This document shows positions 47,356-60,422 of a stretch of 64,000 bases of DNA, one piece after another. Each line of letters begins with the position of its first letter. Positions within the stretch are counted from its first letter, which is position 1. The DNA is from Callorhinchus milii (lineage: Eukaryota): assembly GCF_018977255.1 (NCBI RefSeq), contig NW_024704749.1, positions 7,998,001 through 8,062,000 on the forward strand, written 5' to 3'. A program made the position numbers and the translations under genes. The notes beneath the pieces were generated by a model that saw only the letters and a program-made list of their open reading frames with translations, was not told the DNA's origin and did not search any database.

Positions 47356-48501
47356 ATGGCACGGAAACAGTTGGCATTTTTCATTACGTTGCTGCTTGTC
47401 CTGCAAATGGCATTGGTGCTCTTTGCTCTCTATCGGCAGTTTATACTGAAGTGGTCCGTAGATCACTTGGGCACATCACTGAACCTCCAAGGGGACGCGC
47501 AAATCCCAGAACCAAACCAGCAAAGGTTCTGGAAAGTTGACGAGAACATCAGAAACATCACCAGTACCCTGAGGGTAGACATAGGAGGCGGCCGGGTCCC
47601 AATAGTTATCAACAGAACATTCTCATCGGCTCTCACTCCTGCCAGTACTTTCACTCTGGTGACAAGAAATTTTGCCGATGAGTTTCCATATCTGCAGAGC
47701 TACATATGTCAGATAGCGATAGCCCCGCCTGACCTGTGTCACGTATCCAGTGGACAACGGCTAATTTTGCTGGCTCTCAAATCTCACTCTTCTAGGTTTG
47801 ACAGGCGCCGCTTACTGCGGGATACTTGGGTGAAGGATTCAACCAAACCTGATGTGGTGGTACGTCACATCTTTCTCTTGGCTCAGGTGGAAGAAAAAGG
47901 CATCATGGATCTCGTGAAGTTGGAGTCCAACTCTTTCGGAGATCTGATCGTGTGGAACTTTACCGAGACTCATCACCACTTGCCACTGAAGGAGCGCTGC
48001 TTTCTGGAGTATCTTTCACACAGCTGCTCAGCTGCCTCAATGGTCTTCAAAGGGGATGATGATATTTTTGTAAACCTACCAAACCTTTTGACGTATCTGC
48101 AGCAAAACCAAGATGAGTCCAAGCCAATGATGTATGGATATATTCACTGGAACGATCCTGTCCTCAGGTTCGGTAAATATAGTGTGAATAGAACTTTGTA
48201 TTTCTGTAACCATTACCCACCGTTTGCGGCTGGGGGTGCCTTCATCATGACAATTAGTTCCGTGAGGAGATTGTACAAAGCGTCCCTTATTGTCCCAGTC
48301 TTCCCACTAGATGACGTTTACCTGGGGTTCCTCGCCTTTGCTGGAGGCGTGGAGATGAAGCACGACGATCGCTTTGACGTGTTTGGATATTTTAAGAAAG
48401 ACGTTTGCTCGATCCAGAAGGTCCTGGCGAAACACGGATTAGGTCCAGCGGAAATTAAATCACTGTCGTCACAAATTCAAAGTGAAAAATCCTGTTTCTG
48501 A
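47356..48501 (+). CDS. GT31 B3GNT-like, copy 2, 381 aa (MARKQL...KSCF)
   Basis: ATG 10 nt after acceptor tttaacag| (47345); same GT31 motifs; longer stem than copy 1. Confidence 0.92.
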   Translation: MARKQLAFFITLLLVLQMALVLFALYRQFILKWSVDHLGTSLNLQGDAQIPEPNQQRFWKVDENIRNITSTLRVDIGGGRVPIVINRTFSSALTPASTFTLVTRNFADEFPYLQSYICQIAIAPPDLCHVSSGQRLILLALKSHSSRFDRRRLLRDTWVKDSTKPDVVVRHIFLLAQVEEKGIMDLVKLESNSFGDLIVWNFTETHHHLPLKERCFLEYLSHSCSAASMVFKGDDDIFVNLPNLLTYLQQNQDESKPMMYGYIHWNDPVLRFGKYSVNRTLYFCNHYPPFAAGGAFIMTISSVRRLYKASLIVPVFPLDDVYLGFLAFAGGVEMKHDDRFDVFGYFKKDVCSIQKVLAKHGLGPAEIKSLSSQIQSEKSCF

Positions 48502-48765
48502 AATGTTTTCATTTGAGGTTGAGGTGAACGACCAATTCATTTATATATATATATCATCTGGAGGATTGTTTGTCAGAACAATTCAAGGAAAATCCTATGT
48601 CAAATAGTGTTGTGGGTACTTTATTTGAAGGACAGTGTTTCCAAATAGAGCACAATGTCCACCTCGCTGCACTTGAGTGTCAACCTAAATAATAGTCATT
48701 ATATTTGATATAGCACCTTTCACGTTCGAGAGGACATCCCAAAGCGCTTCACAGTTTATACAGTT

Positions 48766-49101
48766 TGTGGAGTCCTGTAGCTCAGAGTAGCTCCTGTAGC
48801 TCCTGTAGCTCACTGTAGCTGAGAGACCTGAGTTCAATTCCAGGCAGAGGGCGAAACCTTGGGCAAGTTTCCTTACTCCACACACAGCCTAATAATAATC
48901 CCTCCGAAACAAAAACAATAATAAATTGGTCATTTCCAATCTACGACTGTGTGTGGGACATTGCTGTGTGCAATTGGCCGCCGCGTTCGTCCACAAATAT
49001 ACAGTCTATTCACTTTACAGTGTGTTCTGTGAAGCGCTTTGGGACGTCCTCCCCACGTGAAAAGCGCTATATCCAATGCAAGGATTATTATTATTATTAT
49101 T
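48766..49101 (+). mobile_element. SINE in tandem unit 1
   Basis: Head has a locally reiterated ctgtagctc; supplies an AATAAA downstream of B3GNT copy 2. Confidence 0.82.
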
Positions 49102-50719
49102 AAGAAATCAGGTTTAAGTTCGGGATGAACCACTGAGCAATACAAGAGGGGAGGAGGGAGAGCGCATGCCTCTGTTTACCTAAGAGTTGATAAGTGAATT
49201 GCACACGCAAGGGTCTTGAAGGAATCAAGGGAGAATTGTAGATCGCTTTTCGGGGAATAATAATTCCTCAAAAAAAACAATATTAAATTGGTCACTCAAT
49301 CCACGACTGTTTGTGGGATACTGCCGTGCGCAATTGGCTGCTGTGTTTCGCCCACAAATATGTGGTCAATTCACTTTACAGCATATTCTGTGAAGCGCTA
49401 GAAGACGTGAAAGCGCTATATCAAATGCAAAGCAAGGAAGCACGAGGTATGAAGATATCAGCTGACAGAGGCAGGTTTTTAAATGGGTTTAAAAGTAGTG
49501 ATTAGGTGGGATTCTTGAAGAAAATACTTGATATGGTGTTGGGGAGATAAAGCAGGTTTGGAATCCTGTAAATGTTCTCGGATTTCTAGGAATCATTCCA
49601 AATTTGGGAAACGGAGAATTTTGGTGATGGCTGCTTTCTATTTATTGATTGTTGAAATTGTCAAATTGCTTTCTGGTTGGATTTTACTGTATACAAATGT
49701 ACTGAAAATTATAATAAACTGGTCAAAGAGGTACACAAATCAGTACGACAACTGGAAGATTTCAATGAAGCTTTAGACTGTATGATTACTGATTATAATG
49801 GAAGTCATTCTGTGAATAATAAGTGTGATTATACATTGCCTGGAAGACTCACTGTGTTGGGTGGACTTTACGTGACCAATATAAGGGTGATAGAACAACA
49901 ACAACAACAACAAGATTACATTTGTATAGCTCCTTTAACGTCGGGAGGACGTCCCAAGGCGCTGGACAGAGTATAGCATTTCAGACCCGAGCTGGGGTCA
50001 GGGCGGGAAAAGGGAGGGGAGGGGAAGGGGTGGGGGGGGGGTGGCCGATGGCATGGTCGAAGAGTAGGGTTTTGAGGCGGGACTTGGAGAGGGCTAAGGA
50101 GGGGGCGAGGCAGAGTGATTGGGCGATGGAATTCCAGATTTGGGGGCAGAGTGGTTGAAGGGTCTCCCGCCAATGGTGGGGCGGGTGGGGCGGGGGTCGT
50201 GGAGCAGGCCAGAGCCGGCTGAGCGGAGGGAGCGGGCGGGTTGGTAGGATGGGGCTTAAACTTAAACTAGAACCCTTTGAAAGAAATTGACTTGTGCAAA
50301 GCTATCAACCAGCAGCACTGATTCACACACAGGAAGAAGGGCAATGCAAAAGCATATTCCCGTCAGTGACGTTTGATATTTCTACCCACCCCTTTCTCCC
50401 AGCAACGATCTGAAGAACAACAAAAGAGGAACAATTGGAATGCAACAGTAACTGCCACATTACGGTACTGTTCTTGCTTCCGGTCGTTTTGCGCTGCAGT
50501 TTGTACACACCTAACTGTCAGTTGGTCGACACTGAAGAAATGCCAAGTTTAACCTTGAAGGGTTTTAAACATTTAGTGCATTATCCCTCCCAATGGCCCC
50601 GAGTCCAGTAATCTTCAGATCGTGCACTAGTCGCTTTTCTCTCGTTCAAGATTTAATAATAATCCTTACGTTTGATACAGCGCGTTATCACGTCTTTGAG
50701 ACGTCTCAAAGCGCTTCAC

Positions 50720-52790
50720 AGTGTTGTGATTTCCGATCCCGTGGTTCAAAATATGACTCGACAATCCAATACTGGTGCAGCAGTAGTTTTATTAATCAGA
50801 GTAACTTTAACGAAGCTGTAATGACATACAGATATATTAAAACGTATGCTACCGGGCTCCGGAGCAGTCGATCGCCTCAGCCACTATCACCCCCATCTTG
50901 AAAAAACCTTCCCTCGACCCATCACAGCTCTCTAGCTACCAGCCCATCTCAAATCTCCCTTTCCTATCCAAGGTCCTTGAGAGTTGCCTCCCAGCTTCGC
51001 TCTTTCTTCTCCTCTCACTCCCTCCATGAACCCCTCCACTCGGGTTTCCGTGCTGCCCACAGCACTGAAACCGCTCTGGTCAAGGTCGCAAACGACATCC
51101 TGACCATGTGTGACCAGGACTCCCTCTGCCTCCTCGTCCTCAACCTCTCCACCGCCTTTGACACTGTGGACCACTCAATCCTCCTCCACCGCCTCTCCTC
51201 CCACCTCAACCTTCAAGGTTCTGTCCTTGACTGGTTCAGGTTCTACCTTTCACACCGCCTCCACTTTGTCGCAGCAAACAGTTTCTCCTCCAGCCCCCGC
51301 ACTGTCTCGGGCGCTGTTGCTCAGGGCTCTGTCCTCGGTCCCCTCCTCTTCACCCTCTACATGATCCCCCTTGGTGACGTCATCCGCACAAATGGGGTAA
51401 ATATCCACATGTATGCGGATGACAGAGAGACAGATGACAGATCGTGATGGCTTCAGATGACTTTGAGACGTTTTCGAAGGGTCTATCCCTGAGTCTGCTG
51501 CCCAACTGCTCTAAAGTTAAGGTAGTTATACTCTTTTGCCCCATGTAACCACCCCTGAGTTTGCCCAATCAGGGTTATGCCTCGTATACTTTCTTTGTGA
51601 TAGTTTCTTATCTACCTTTGACCGAGGCCTCTTGAGTTAAACCAGCTGGCTCATCATTCTCTGTTGGATGACGACTTGTTTTTCTCTCTCTCAAGGCCTC
51701 GAGGCCGGTGGTGCCTATCTCATGCTGATACGGACCATTCACGTACATGACGAGGTTTTACTTGAACAAGATTAATGATGCTTAAGAATGATTAAGTGTG
51801 TAAATAGTTGGGATTATAGTATAAGAATCATTAGTATTGATCATGTAGTGAATAGATGAATTAAGTCGAATGAATCAAAGAGATAAAAACTGCCATGTGA
51901 CACACACACACACACACAGTAAAGAGGCACCGAGCTTGGAGTACAAGGGCATGTGAACCATGGCCAGGGAAGGTAAGGATAGCTGGATCTAGAGAATGGA
52001 TGGTAGGCCATCTGCGCTTACAAGGGTATGTGACTTACAGGCAGGAGAGATAGGAACCTGGGATAACGGACCGGAGAATGGATGGGATACAAACTAGTAA
52101 TTTAAACTGAGGGAAAACTTAAAGTCAGTAGGTCCCATGGACAGAGTTAGAAAAAGGACTGAAACTTCAGGGACTTGGAGTCGGGTGGTTTGGTCAGGCT
52201 AGATAAGATGGAATAAGAGGAGTATTGTTCTCTTGCAGAAGATACTGCTAGCTGGTACAAGGAGAAACAACTTGCAGATAGGAAAAGAATGCCTGGGAAA
52301 AGAAAAGAAAAGAAAATGCCTGGGAAAGTGCAAAGAGTGTGAGAAGGAAGTCTTGGGAAAGAGTTAGAACATAGAAAAAGGGTGTAAAAATCGATAGCCA
52401 AAACCGGTTGAGAAAGAGAAAGAGAAAGAAGGAGAAAGAGGAGAAGATCTGCGGGAAGAGACTAGGAAGAGCCTCGAGAGGAGACTTGGAAGAGCCTTGA
52501 GAAGAACCTCCGAGGAGTCTCTGAGGAGCCTCTGAGGAGAAAGAGAAGAGAAGCAGATAGAAGGAAAGAGGATAAGTCCAGCTCTCGCTGAGTGGATCTC
52601 AAAGAGGACAAGTTCAGCATCAGACATTTGCAGCCAACAGCTCACCAGACACATTTGCAGCCAGCAGCACGCCAGTGACGGTGCTTAATTTTGGTGCTTC
52701 CCTTAGAACTTCGTCACGACTTCCTGCCTGCTTGATAGTATCTCTCCTAATTACTAAAACACCGACCCAAAATACATACACTTCCCGCAA
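50720..52790. mobile_element. Unclassified LTR-like sequence around the L2 fragment (also at about 57256-59320)
   Basis: Starts TGTTG where a SINE is cut; TATA-like and polyA-like motifs and a purine-rich tract; no TSD identified. Confidence 0.4.
50878..51430 (+). mobile_element. L2 RT fragment in tandem unit 1
   Basis: Near-identical to 42846-43396; QGSVLGPLLF, YADD. Confidence 0.85.
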
Positions 52791-53892
52791 TTGTCTGAAG
52801 CACCACAAGAAGAAAACTGTTTTGGGTTAAACTGTTTTATTTCTCAACTGGTGAGAGGAACAATTGGAATGTAACAGTAAGTTCCACATTACAGTACTGT
52901 ACTTGCTTCCAATAGTTTTGCGCTGCAGTTTGTACACACCTAACTGTTAGTTGGTTGACACTGAAGAAATGCCAAGTTTAACCTTAAAGGGTTTTAAACA
53001 TTTAGTGCATTATACCTCCCAATGGCCCCGAGTCCAGTAATCTTCAGATCGTGCATTAGTCTCTTCTTTTGTTCAAGATTTAATAATAATAATCCTTACA
53101 TTTGATATAGCGCGTTATCACGTTTTTGAGACGTCTCGAAGCGCTTCACAGGATACACTGTAAAGTGGGTTGACTATATTTTGTGGGCGAAAGCAGAAGC
53201 CAATTGCGCACAGCAGTTTCCCACAAACAGTTGTGGATTGAGTGATCAACTTGTTTTTTTTTTGAAAGGATTGTTACCCCTGGAAAAGCGATCTGCCAAT
53301 CGACTAACCTCCTGGTTCCTACTGACTGCTCGGTAAACAGAGGTGTGTGGAGTGAGGAAACTTGCCTAAAGTTTCATCCTCCTGGGAATCAAACCAGGAT
53401 CACTCGTGATAATTTTTTGATCACAAGTTTCATGGAACTGTGCACTTGCTGAGTGTGATCAACTAACATCAAACAAAGCCTCTCCATTCTTTGTTCAAAG
53501 TTCCTTGTTTTTGATTATGATTCCTTTCACATCAGGAGTTTCCTCCTGACTTGAAAGGCGCTCTATAAATGTAGTTTTATTGTTGTTGTTGTTGGGCCTT
53601 CTGTCTCTCTGTCCCTACTTTGTGGAGCTCTATCCCGCAGTCCCTCTGTCTTGTGCCCTCCTTTACCTCCTTCAAGACCCGTCTCAAGACCCTCCCCTTC
53701 GACTGTGCCTTCGGGCACCCACCTTCCCCCCCCAGCCCCGACCACCCAACTCGGGTATGAAACACTGATTGTCTGACGCCTTGGGACATTCTCCCAACCT
53801 GAAAGGCGCTTCACAAATGTAATTTTGTTGTTGTTGTTGTTTGTTGGTTGTTTACTGATGCACAAAATGATCTGTTTAACAGGTTGGTAAGA

Positions 53893-55038
53893 ATGGCACG
53901 GAAACAGTTGGCATTTTTCATTACGTTGCTGCTTGTCCTGCAAATGGCATTGGTGCTCTTTGCCCTCTATCGGCAGTTTATACTGAAGTGGTCCGTAGAT
54001 CACTTGGGCACATCACTGAACCTCCAAGGGGACGCGCAAATCCCAGAACCAAACCAGCAAAGGTTCTGGAAAGTTGACGAGAACATCAGAAACATCACCA
54101 GTACCCTGAGGGTAGACATAGGAGGCGGCCGGGTCCCAATAGTTATCAACAGAACATTCTCATCGGCTCTCACTCCTGCCAGTACCTTCACTCTGGTGAC
54201 AAGAAATTTTGCCGATGAGTTTCCATATCTGCAGAGCTACATATGTCAGATAGCGATAGCCCCGCCTGACCTGTGTCACGTATCCAGTGGACAACGGCTA
54301 ATTTTGCTGGCTCTCAAATCTCACTCTTCTAGGTTTGACAGGCGCCGCTTACTGCGGGATACTTGGGTGAAGGATTCAACCAAACCTGATGTGGTGGTAC
54401 GTCACATCTTTCTCTTGGCTCAGGTGGAAGAAAAAGGCATCATGGATCTCGTGAAGTTGGAGTCCAACTCTTTCGGAGATCTGATCGTGTGGAACTTTAC
54501 CGAGACTCATCACCACTTGCCACTGAAGGAGCGCTGCTTTCTGGAGTATCTTTCACACAGCTGCTCAGCTGCCTCAATGGTCTTCAAAGGGGATGATGAT
54601 ATTTTTGTAAACCTACCAAACCTTTTGACGTATCTGCAGCAAAACCAAGATGAGTCCAAGCCAATGATGTATGGATATATTCACTGGAACGATCCTGTCC
54701 TCAGGTTCGGTAAATATAGTGTGAATAGAACTTTGTATTTCTGTAACCATTACCCACCGTTTGCGGCTGGGGGTGCCTTCATCATGACAATTAGTTCCGT
54801 GAGGAGATTGTACAAAGCGTCCCTTATTGTCCCAGTCTTCCCACTAGATGACGTTTACCTGGGGTTCCTCGCCTTTGCTGGAGGCGTGGAGATGAAGCAC
54901 GACGATCGCTTTGACGTGTTTGGATATTTTAAGAAAGACGTTTGCTCGATCCAGAAGGTCCTGGCGAAACACGGATTAGGTCCAGCGGAAATTAAATCAC
55001 TGTCGTCACAAATTCAAAGTGAAAAATCCTGTTTCTGA
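53893..55038 (+). CDS. GT31 B3GNT-like, copy 3, 381 aa
   Basis: Protein reads identical to copy 2; acceptor at 53882. Confidence 0.9.
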   Translation: MARKQLAFFITLLLVLQMALVLFALYRQFILKWSVDHLGTSLNLQGDAQIPEPNQQRFWKVDENIRNITSTLRVDIGGGRVPIVINRTFSSALTPASTFTLVTRNFADEFPYLQSYICQIAIAPPDLCHVSSGQRLILLALKSHSSRFDRRRLLRDTWVKDSTKPDVVVRHIFLLAQVEEKGIMDLVKLESNSFGDLIVWNFTETHHHLPLKERCFLEYLSHSCSAASMVFKGDDDIFVNLPNLLTYLQQNQDESKPMMYGYIHWNDPVLRFGKYSVNRTLYFCNHYPPFAAGGAFIMTISSVRRLYKASLIVPVFPLDDVYLGFLAFAGGVEMKHDDRFDVFGYFKKDVCSIQKVLAKHGLGPAEIKSLSSQIQSEKSCF

Positions 55039-55302
55039 AATGTTTTCATTTGAGGTTGAGGTGAACGACCAATTCATTTATATATATATATCATCTGGAG
55101 GATTGTTTGTCAGAACAATTCAAGGAAAATCCTATGTCAAATAGTGTTGTGGGTACTTTATTTGAAGGACAGTGTTTCCAAATAGAGCACAATGTCCACC
55201 TCGCTGCACTTGAGTGTCAACCTAAATAATAGTCATTATATTTGATATAGCACCTTTCACGTTCGAGAGGACATCCCAAAGCGCTTCACAGTTTATACAG
55301 TT

Positions 55303-55638
55303 TGTGGAGTCCTGTAGCTCAGAGTAGCTCCTGTAGCTCCTGTAGCTCACTGTAGCTGAGAGACCTGAGTTCAATTCCAGGCAGAGGGCGAAACCTTGGG
55401 CAAGTTTCCTTACTCCACACACAGCCTAATAATAATCCCTCCGAAACAAAAACAATAATAAATTGGTCATTTCCAATCTACGACTGTGTGTGGGACATTG
55501 CTGTGTGCAATTGGCTGCCGCGTTCGTCCACAAATATACAGTCTATTCACTTTACAGTGTGTTCTGTGAAGCGCTTTGGGACGTCCTCCCGACGTGAAAA
55601 GCGCTATATCCAATGCAAGGATTATTATTATTATTATT
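55303..55638 (+). mobile_element. SINE in tandem unit 2
   Basis: Duplicate of 48766-49101. Confidence 0.82.
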
Positions 55639-57413
55639 AAGAAATCAGGTTTAAGTTCGGGATGAACCACTGAGCAATACAAGAGGGGAGGAGGGAGAGC
55701 GCATGCCTCTGTTTACCTAAGAGTTGATAAGTGAATTGCACACGCAAGGGTCTTGAAGGAATCAAGGGAGAATTGTAGATCGCTTTTCGGGGAATAATAA
55801 TTCCTCAAAAAAAACAATATTAAATTGGTCACTCAATCCACGACTGTTTGTGGGATACTGCCGTGCGCAATTGGCTGCTGTGTTTCGCCCACAAATATGT
55901 GGTCAATTCACTTTACAGCATATTCTGTGAAGCGCTAGAAGACGTGAAAGCGCTATATCAAATGCAAAGCAAGGAAGCACGAGGTATGAAGATATCAGCT
56001 GACAGAGGCAGGTTTTTAAATGGGTTTAAAAGTAGTGATTAGGTGGGATTCTTGAAGAAAATACTTGATATGGTGTTGGGGAGATAAAGCAGGTTTGGAA
56101 TCCTGTAAATGTTCTCGGATTTCTAGGAATCATTCCAAATTTGGGAAACGGAGAATTTTGGTGATGGCTGCTTTCTATTTATTGATTGTTGAAATTGTCA
56201 AATTGCTTTCTGGTTGGATTTTACTGTATACAAATGTACTGAAAATTATAATAAACTGGTCAAAGAGGTACACAAATCAGTACGACAACTGGAAGATTTC
56301 AATGAAGCTTTAGACTGTATGATTACTGATTATAATGGAAGTCATTCTGTGAATAATAAGTGTGATTATACATTGCCTGGAAGACTCACTGTGTTGGGTG
56401 GACTTTACGTGACCAATATAAGGGTGATAGAACAACAACAACAACAACAAGATTACATTTGTATAGCTCCTTTAACGTCGGGAGGACGTCCCAAGGCGCT
56501 GGACAGAGTATAGCATTTCAGACCCGAGCTGGGGTCAGGGCGGGAAAAGGGAGGGGAGGGGAAGGGGTGGGGGGGGGTGGCCGATGGCATGGTCGAAGAG
56601 TAGGGTTTTGAGGCGGGACTTGGAGAGGGCTAAGGAGGGGGCGAGGCAGAGTGATTGGGCGATGGAATTCCAGATTTGGGGGCAGAGTGGTTGAAGGGTC
56701 TCCCGCCAATGGTGGGGCGGGTGGGGCGGGGGTCGTGGAACAGGCCAGAGCCGGCTGAGCGGAGGGAGCGGGCGGGTTGGTAGGATGGGGCTTAAACTTA
56801 AACTAGAACCCTTTGAAAGAAATTGACTTGTGCAAAGCTATCAACCAGCAGCACTGATTCACACACAGGAAGAAGGGCAATGCAAAAGCATATTCCCGTC
56901 AGTGACGTTTGATATTTCTACCCACCCCTTTCTCCCAGCAACGATCTGAAGAACAACAAAAGAGGAACAATTGGAATGCAACAGTAACTGCCACATTACG
57001 GTACTGTTCTTGCTTCCGGTCGTTTTGCGCTGCAGTTTGTACACACCTAACTGTCAGTTGGTCGACACTGAAGAAATGCCAAGTTTAACCTTGAAGGGTT
57101 TTAAACATTTAGTGCATTATCCCTCCCAATGGCCCCGAGTCCAGTAATCTTCAGATCGTGCACTAGTCGCTTTTCTCTCGTTCAAGATTTAATAATAATC
57201 CTTACGTTTGATACAGCGCGTTATCACGTCTTTGAGACGTCTCAAAGCGCTTCACAGTGTTGTGATTTCCGATCCCGTGGTTCAAAATATGACTCGACAA
57301 TCCAATACTGGTGCAGCAGTAGTTTTATTAATCAGAGTAACTTTAACGAAGCTGTAATGACATACAGATATATTAAAACGTATACTACCAGGCTCCGGAG
57401 CAGTCGATCGCCT

Positions 57414-57966
57414 CAGCCACTATCACCCCCATCTTGAAAAAACCTTCCCTTGACCCATCACAGCTCTCTAGCTACCAGCCCATCTCAAATCTCCCTTTCC
57501 TATCCAAGGTCCTTGAGAGTTGCCTCCCAGCTTCGCTCTTTCTTCTCCTCTCACTCCCTCCATGAACCCCTCCACTCGGGTTTCCGTGCTGCCCACAGCA
57601 CTGAAACCGCTCTGGTCAAGGTCGCAAACGACATCCTGACCATGTGTGACCAGGACTCCCTCTGCCTCCTCGTCCTCAACCTCTCCACCGCCTTTGACAC
57701 TGTGGACCACTCAATCCTCCTCCACCGCCTCTCCTCCCACCTCAACCTTCAAGGTTCTGTCCTTGACTGGTTCAGGTTCTACCTTTCACACCGCCTCCAC
57801 TTTGTCGCAGCAAACAGTTTCTCCTCCAGCCCCCGCACTGTCTCGTGCGCTGTTGCTCAGGGCTCTGTCCTCGGTCCCCTCCTCTTCACCCTCTACATGA
57901 TCCCCCTTGGTGACGTCATCCGCACAAATGGGGTAAATATCCACATGTATGCGGATGACAGAGAGA
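57414..57966 (+). mobile_element. L2 RT fragment in tandem unit 2
   Basis: Duplicate of 50878-51430. Confidence 0.85.
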
Positions 57967-60422
57967 CAGATGACAGATCGTGATGGCTTCAGATGACTTT
58001 GAGACGTTTTCGAAGGGTCTATCCCTGAGTCTGCTGCCCAACTGCTCTAAAGTTAAGGTAGTTATACTCTTTTGCCCCATGTAACCACCCCTGAGTTTGC
58101 CCAATCAGGGTTATGCCTCGTATACTTTCTTTGTGATAGTTTCTTATCTACCTTTGACCGAGGCCTCTTGAGTTAAACCAGCTGGCTCATCATTCTCTGT
58201 TGGATGACGACTTGTTTTTCTCTCTCTCAAGGCCTCGAGGCCGGTGGTGCCTATCTCATGCTGATACGGACCATTCACGTACATGACGAGGTTTTACTTG
58301 AACAAGATTAATGATGCTTAAGAATGATTAAGTGTGTAAATAGTTGGGATTATAGTATAAGAATCATTAGTATTGATCATGTAGTGAATAGATGAATTAA
58401 GTCGAATGAATCAAAGAGATAAAAACTGCCATGTGACACACACACACGCACACAGTAAAGAGGCACCGAGCTTGGAGTACAAGGGCATGTGAACCATGGC
58501 CAGGGAAGGTAAGGATAGCTGGATCTAGAGAATGGATGGTAGGCCATCTGCGCTTACAAGGGTATGTGACTTACAGGCAGGAGAGATAGGAACCTGGGAT
58601 AACGGACCGGAGAATGGATGGGATACAAACTAGTAATTTAAACTGAGGGAAAACTTAAAGTCAGTAGGTCCCATGGACAGAGTTAGAAAAAGGACTGAAA
58701 CTTCAGGGACTTGGAGTCGGGTGGTTTGGTCAGGCTAGATAAGATGGAATAAGAGGAGTATTGTTCTCTTGCAGAAGATACTGCTAGCTGGTACAAGGAG
58801 AAACAACTTGCAGATAGGAAAAGAATGCCTGGGAAAAGAAAAGAAAAGAAAATGCCTGGGAAAGTGCAAAGAGTGTGAGAAGGAAGTCTTGGGAAAGAGT
58901 TAGAACATAGAAAAAGGGTGTAAAAATCGATAGCCAAAACCGGTTGAGAAAGAGAAAGAAGGAGAAAGAGGAGAAGATCTGCGGGAAGAGACTAGGAAGA
59001 GCCTCGAGAGGAGACTTGGAAGAGCCTTGAGAAGAACCTCCGAGGAGTCTCTGAGGAGCCTCTGAGGAGAAAGAGAAGAGAAGCAGATAGAAGGAAAGAG
59101 GATAAGTCCAGCTCTCGCTGAGTGGATCTCAAAGAGGACAAGTTCAGCATCAGACATTTGCAGCCAACAGCTCACCAGACACATTTGCAGCCAGCAGCAC
59201 GCCAGTGACGGTGCTTAATTTTGGTGCTTCCCTTAGAACTTCGTCACGACTTCCTGCCTGCTTGATAGTATCTCTCCTAATTACTAAAACACCGACCCAA
59301 AATACATACACTTCCCGCAATTGTCTGAAGCACCACAAGAAGAAAACTGTTTTGGGTTAAACTGTTTTATTTCTCAACTGGTGAGAGGAACAATTGGAAT
59401 GTAACAGTAAGTTCCACATTACAGTACTGTACTTGCTTCCAATAGTTTTGCGCTGCAGTTTGTACACACCTAACTGTTAGTTGGTTGACACTGAAGAAAT
59501 GCCAAGTTTAACCTTAAAGGGTTTTAAACATTTAGTGCATTATACCTCCCAATGGCCCCGAGTCCAGTAATCTTCAGATCGTGCATTAGTCTCTTCTTTT
59601 GTTCAAGATTTAATAATAATAATCCTTACATTTGATATAGCGCGTTATCACGTTTTTGAGACGTCTCGAAGCGCTTCACAGGATACACTGTAAAGTGGGT
59701 TGACTATATTTTGTGGGCGAAAGCAGAAGCCAATTGCGCACAGCAGTTTCCCACAAACAGTTGTGGATTGAGTGATCAACTTGTTATTTTTTTTGAAAGG
59801 ATTGTTACCCCTGGAAAAGCGATCTGCCAATCGACTAACCTCCTGGTTCCTACTGACTGCTCGGTAAACAGAGGTGTGTGGAGTGAGGAAACTTGCCTAA
59901 AGTTTCATCCTCCTGGGAATCAAACCAGGATCACTCGTGATAATTTTTTGATCACAAGTTTCATGGAACTGTGCACTTGCTGAGTGTGATCAACTAACAT
60001 CAAACAAAGCCTCTCCATTCTTTGTTCAAAGTTCCTTGTTTTTGATTATGATTCCTTTCACATCAGGAGTTTCCTCCTGACTTGAAAGGCGCTCTATAAA
60101 TGTAGTTTTATTGTTGTTGTTGTTGGGCCTTCTGTCTCTCTGTCCCTACTTTGTGGAGCTCTATCCCGCAGTCCCTCTGTCTTGTGCCCTCCTTTACCTC
60201 CTTCAAGACCCGTCTCAAGACCCTCCCCTTCGACTGTGCCTTCGGGCACCCACCTTCCCCCCCAGCCCCGACCACCCAACTCGGGTATGAAACACTGATT
60301 GTCTGACGCCTTGGGACATTCTCCCAACCTGAAAGGCGCTTCACAAATGTAATTTTGTTGTTGTTGTTGTTTGTTGGTTGTTTACTGATGCACAAAATGA
60401 TCTGTTTAACAGGTTGGTAAGA

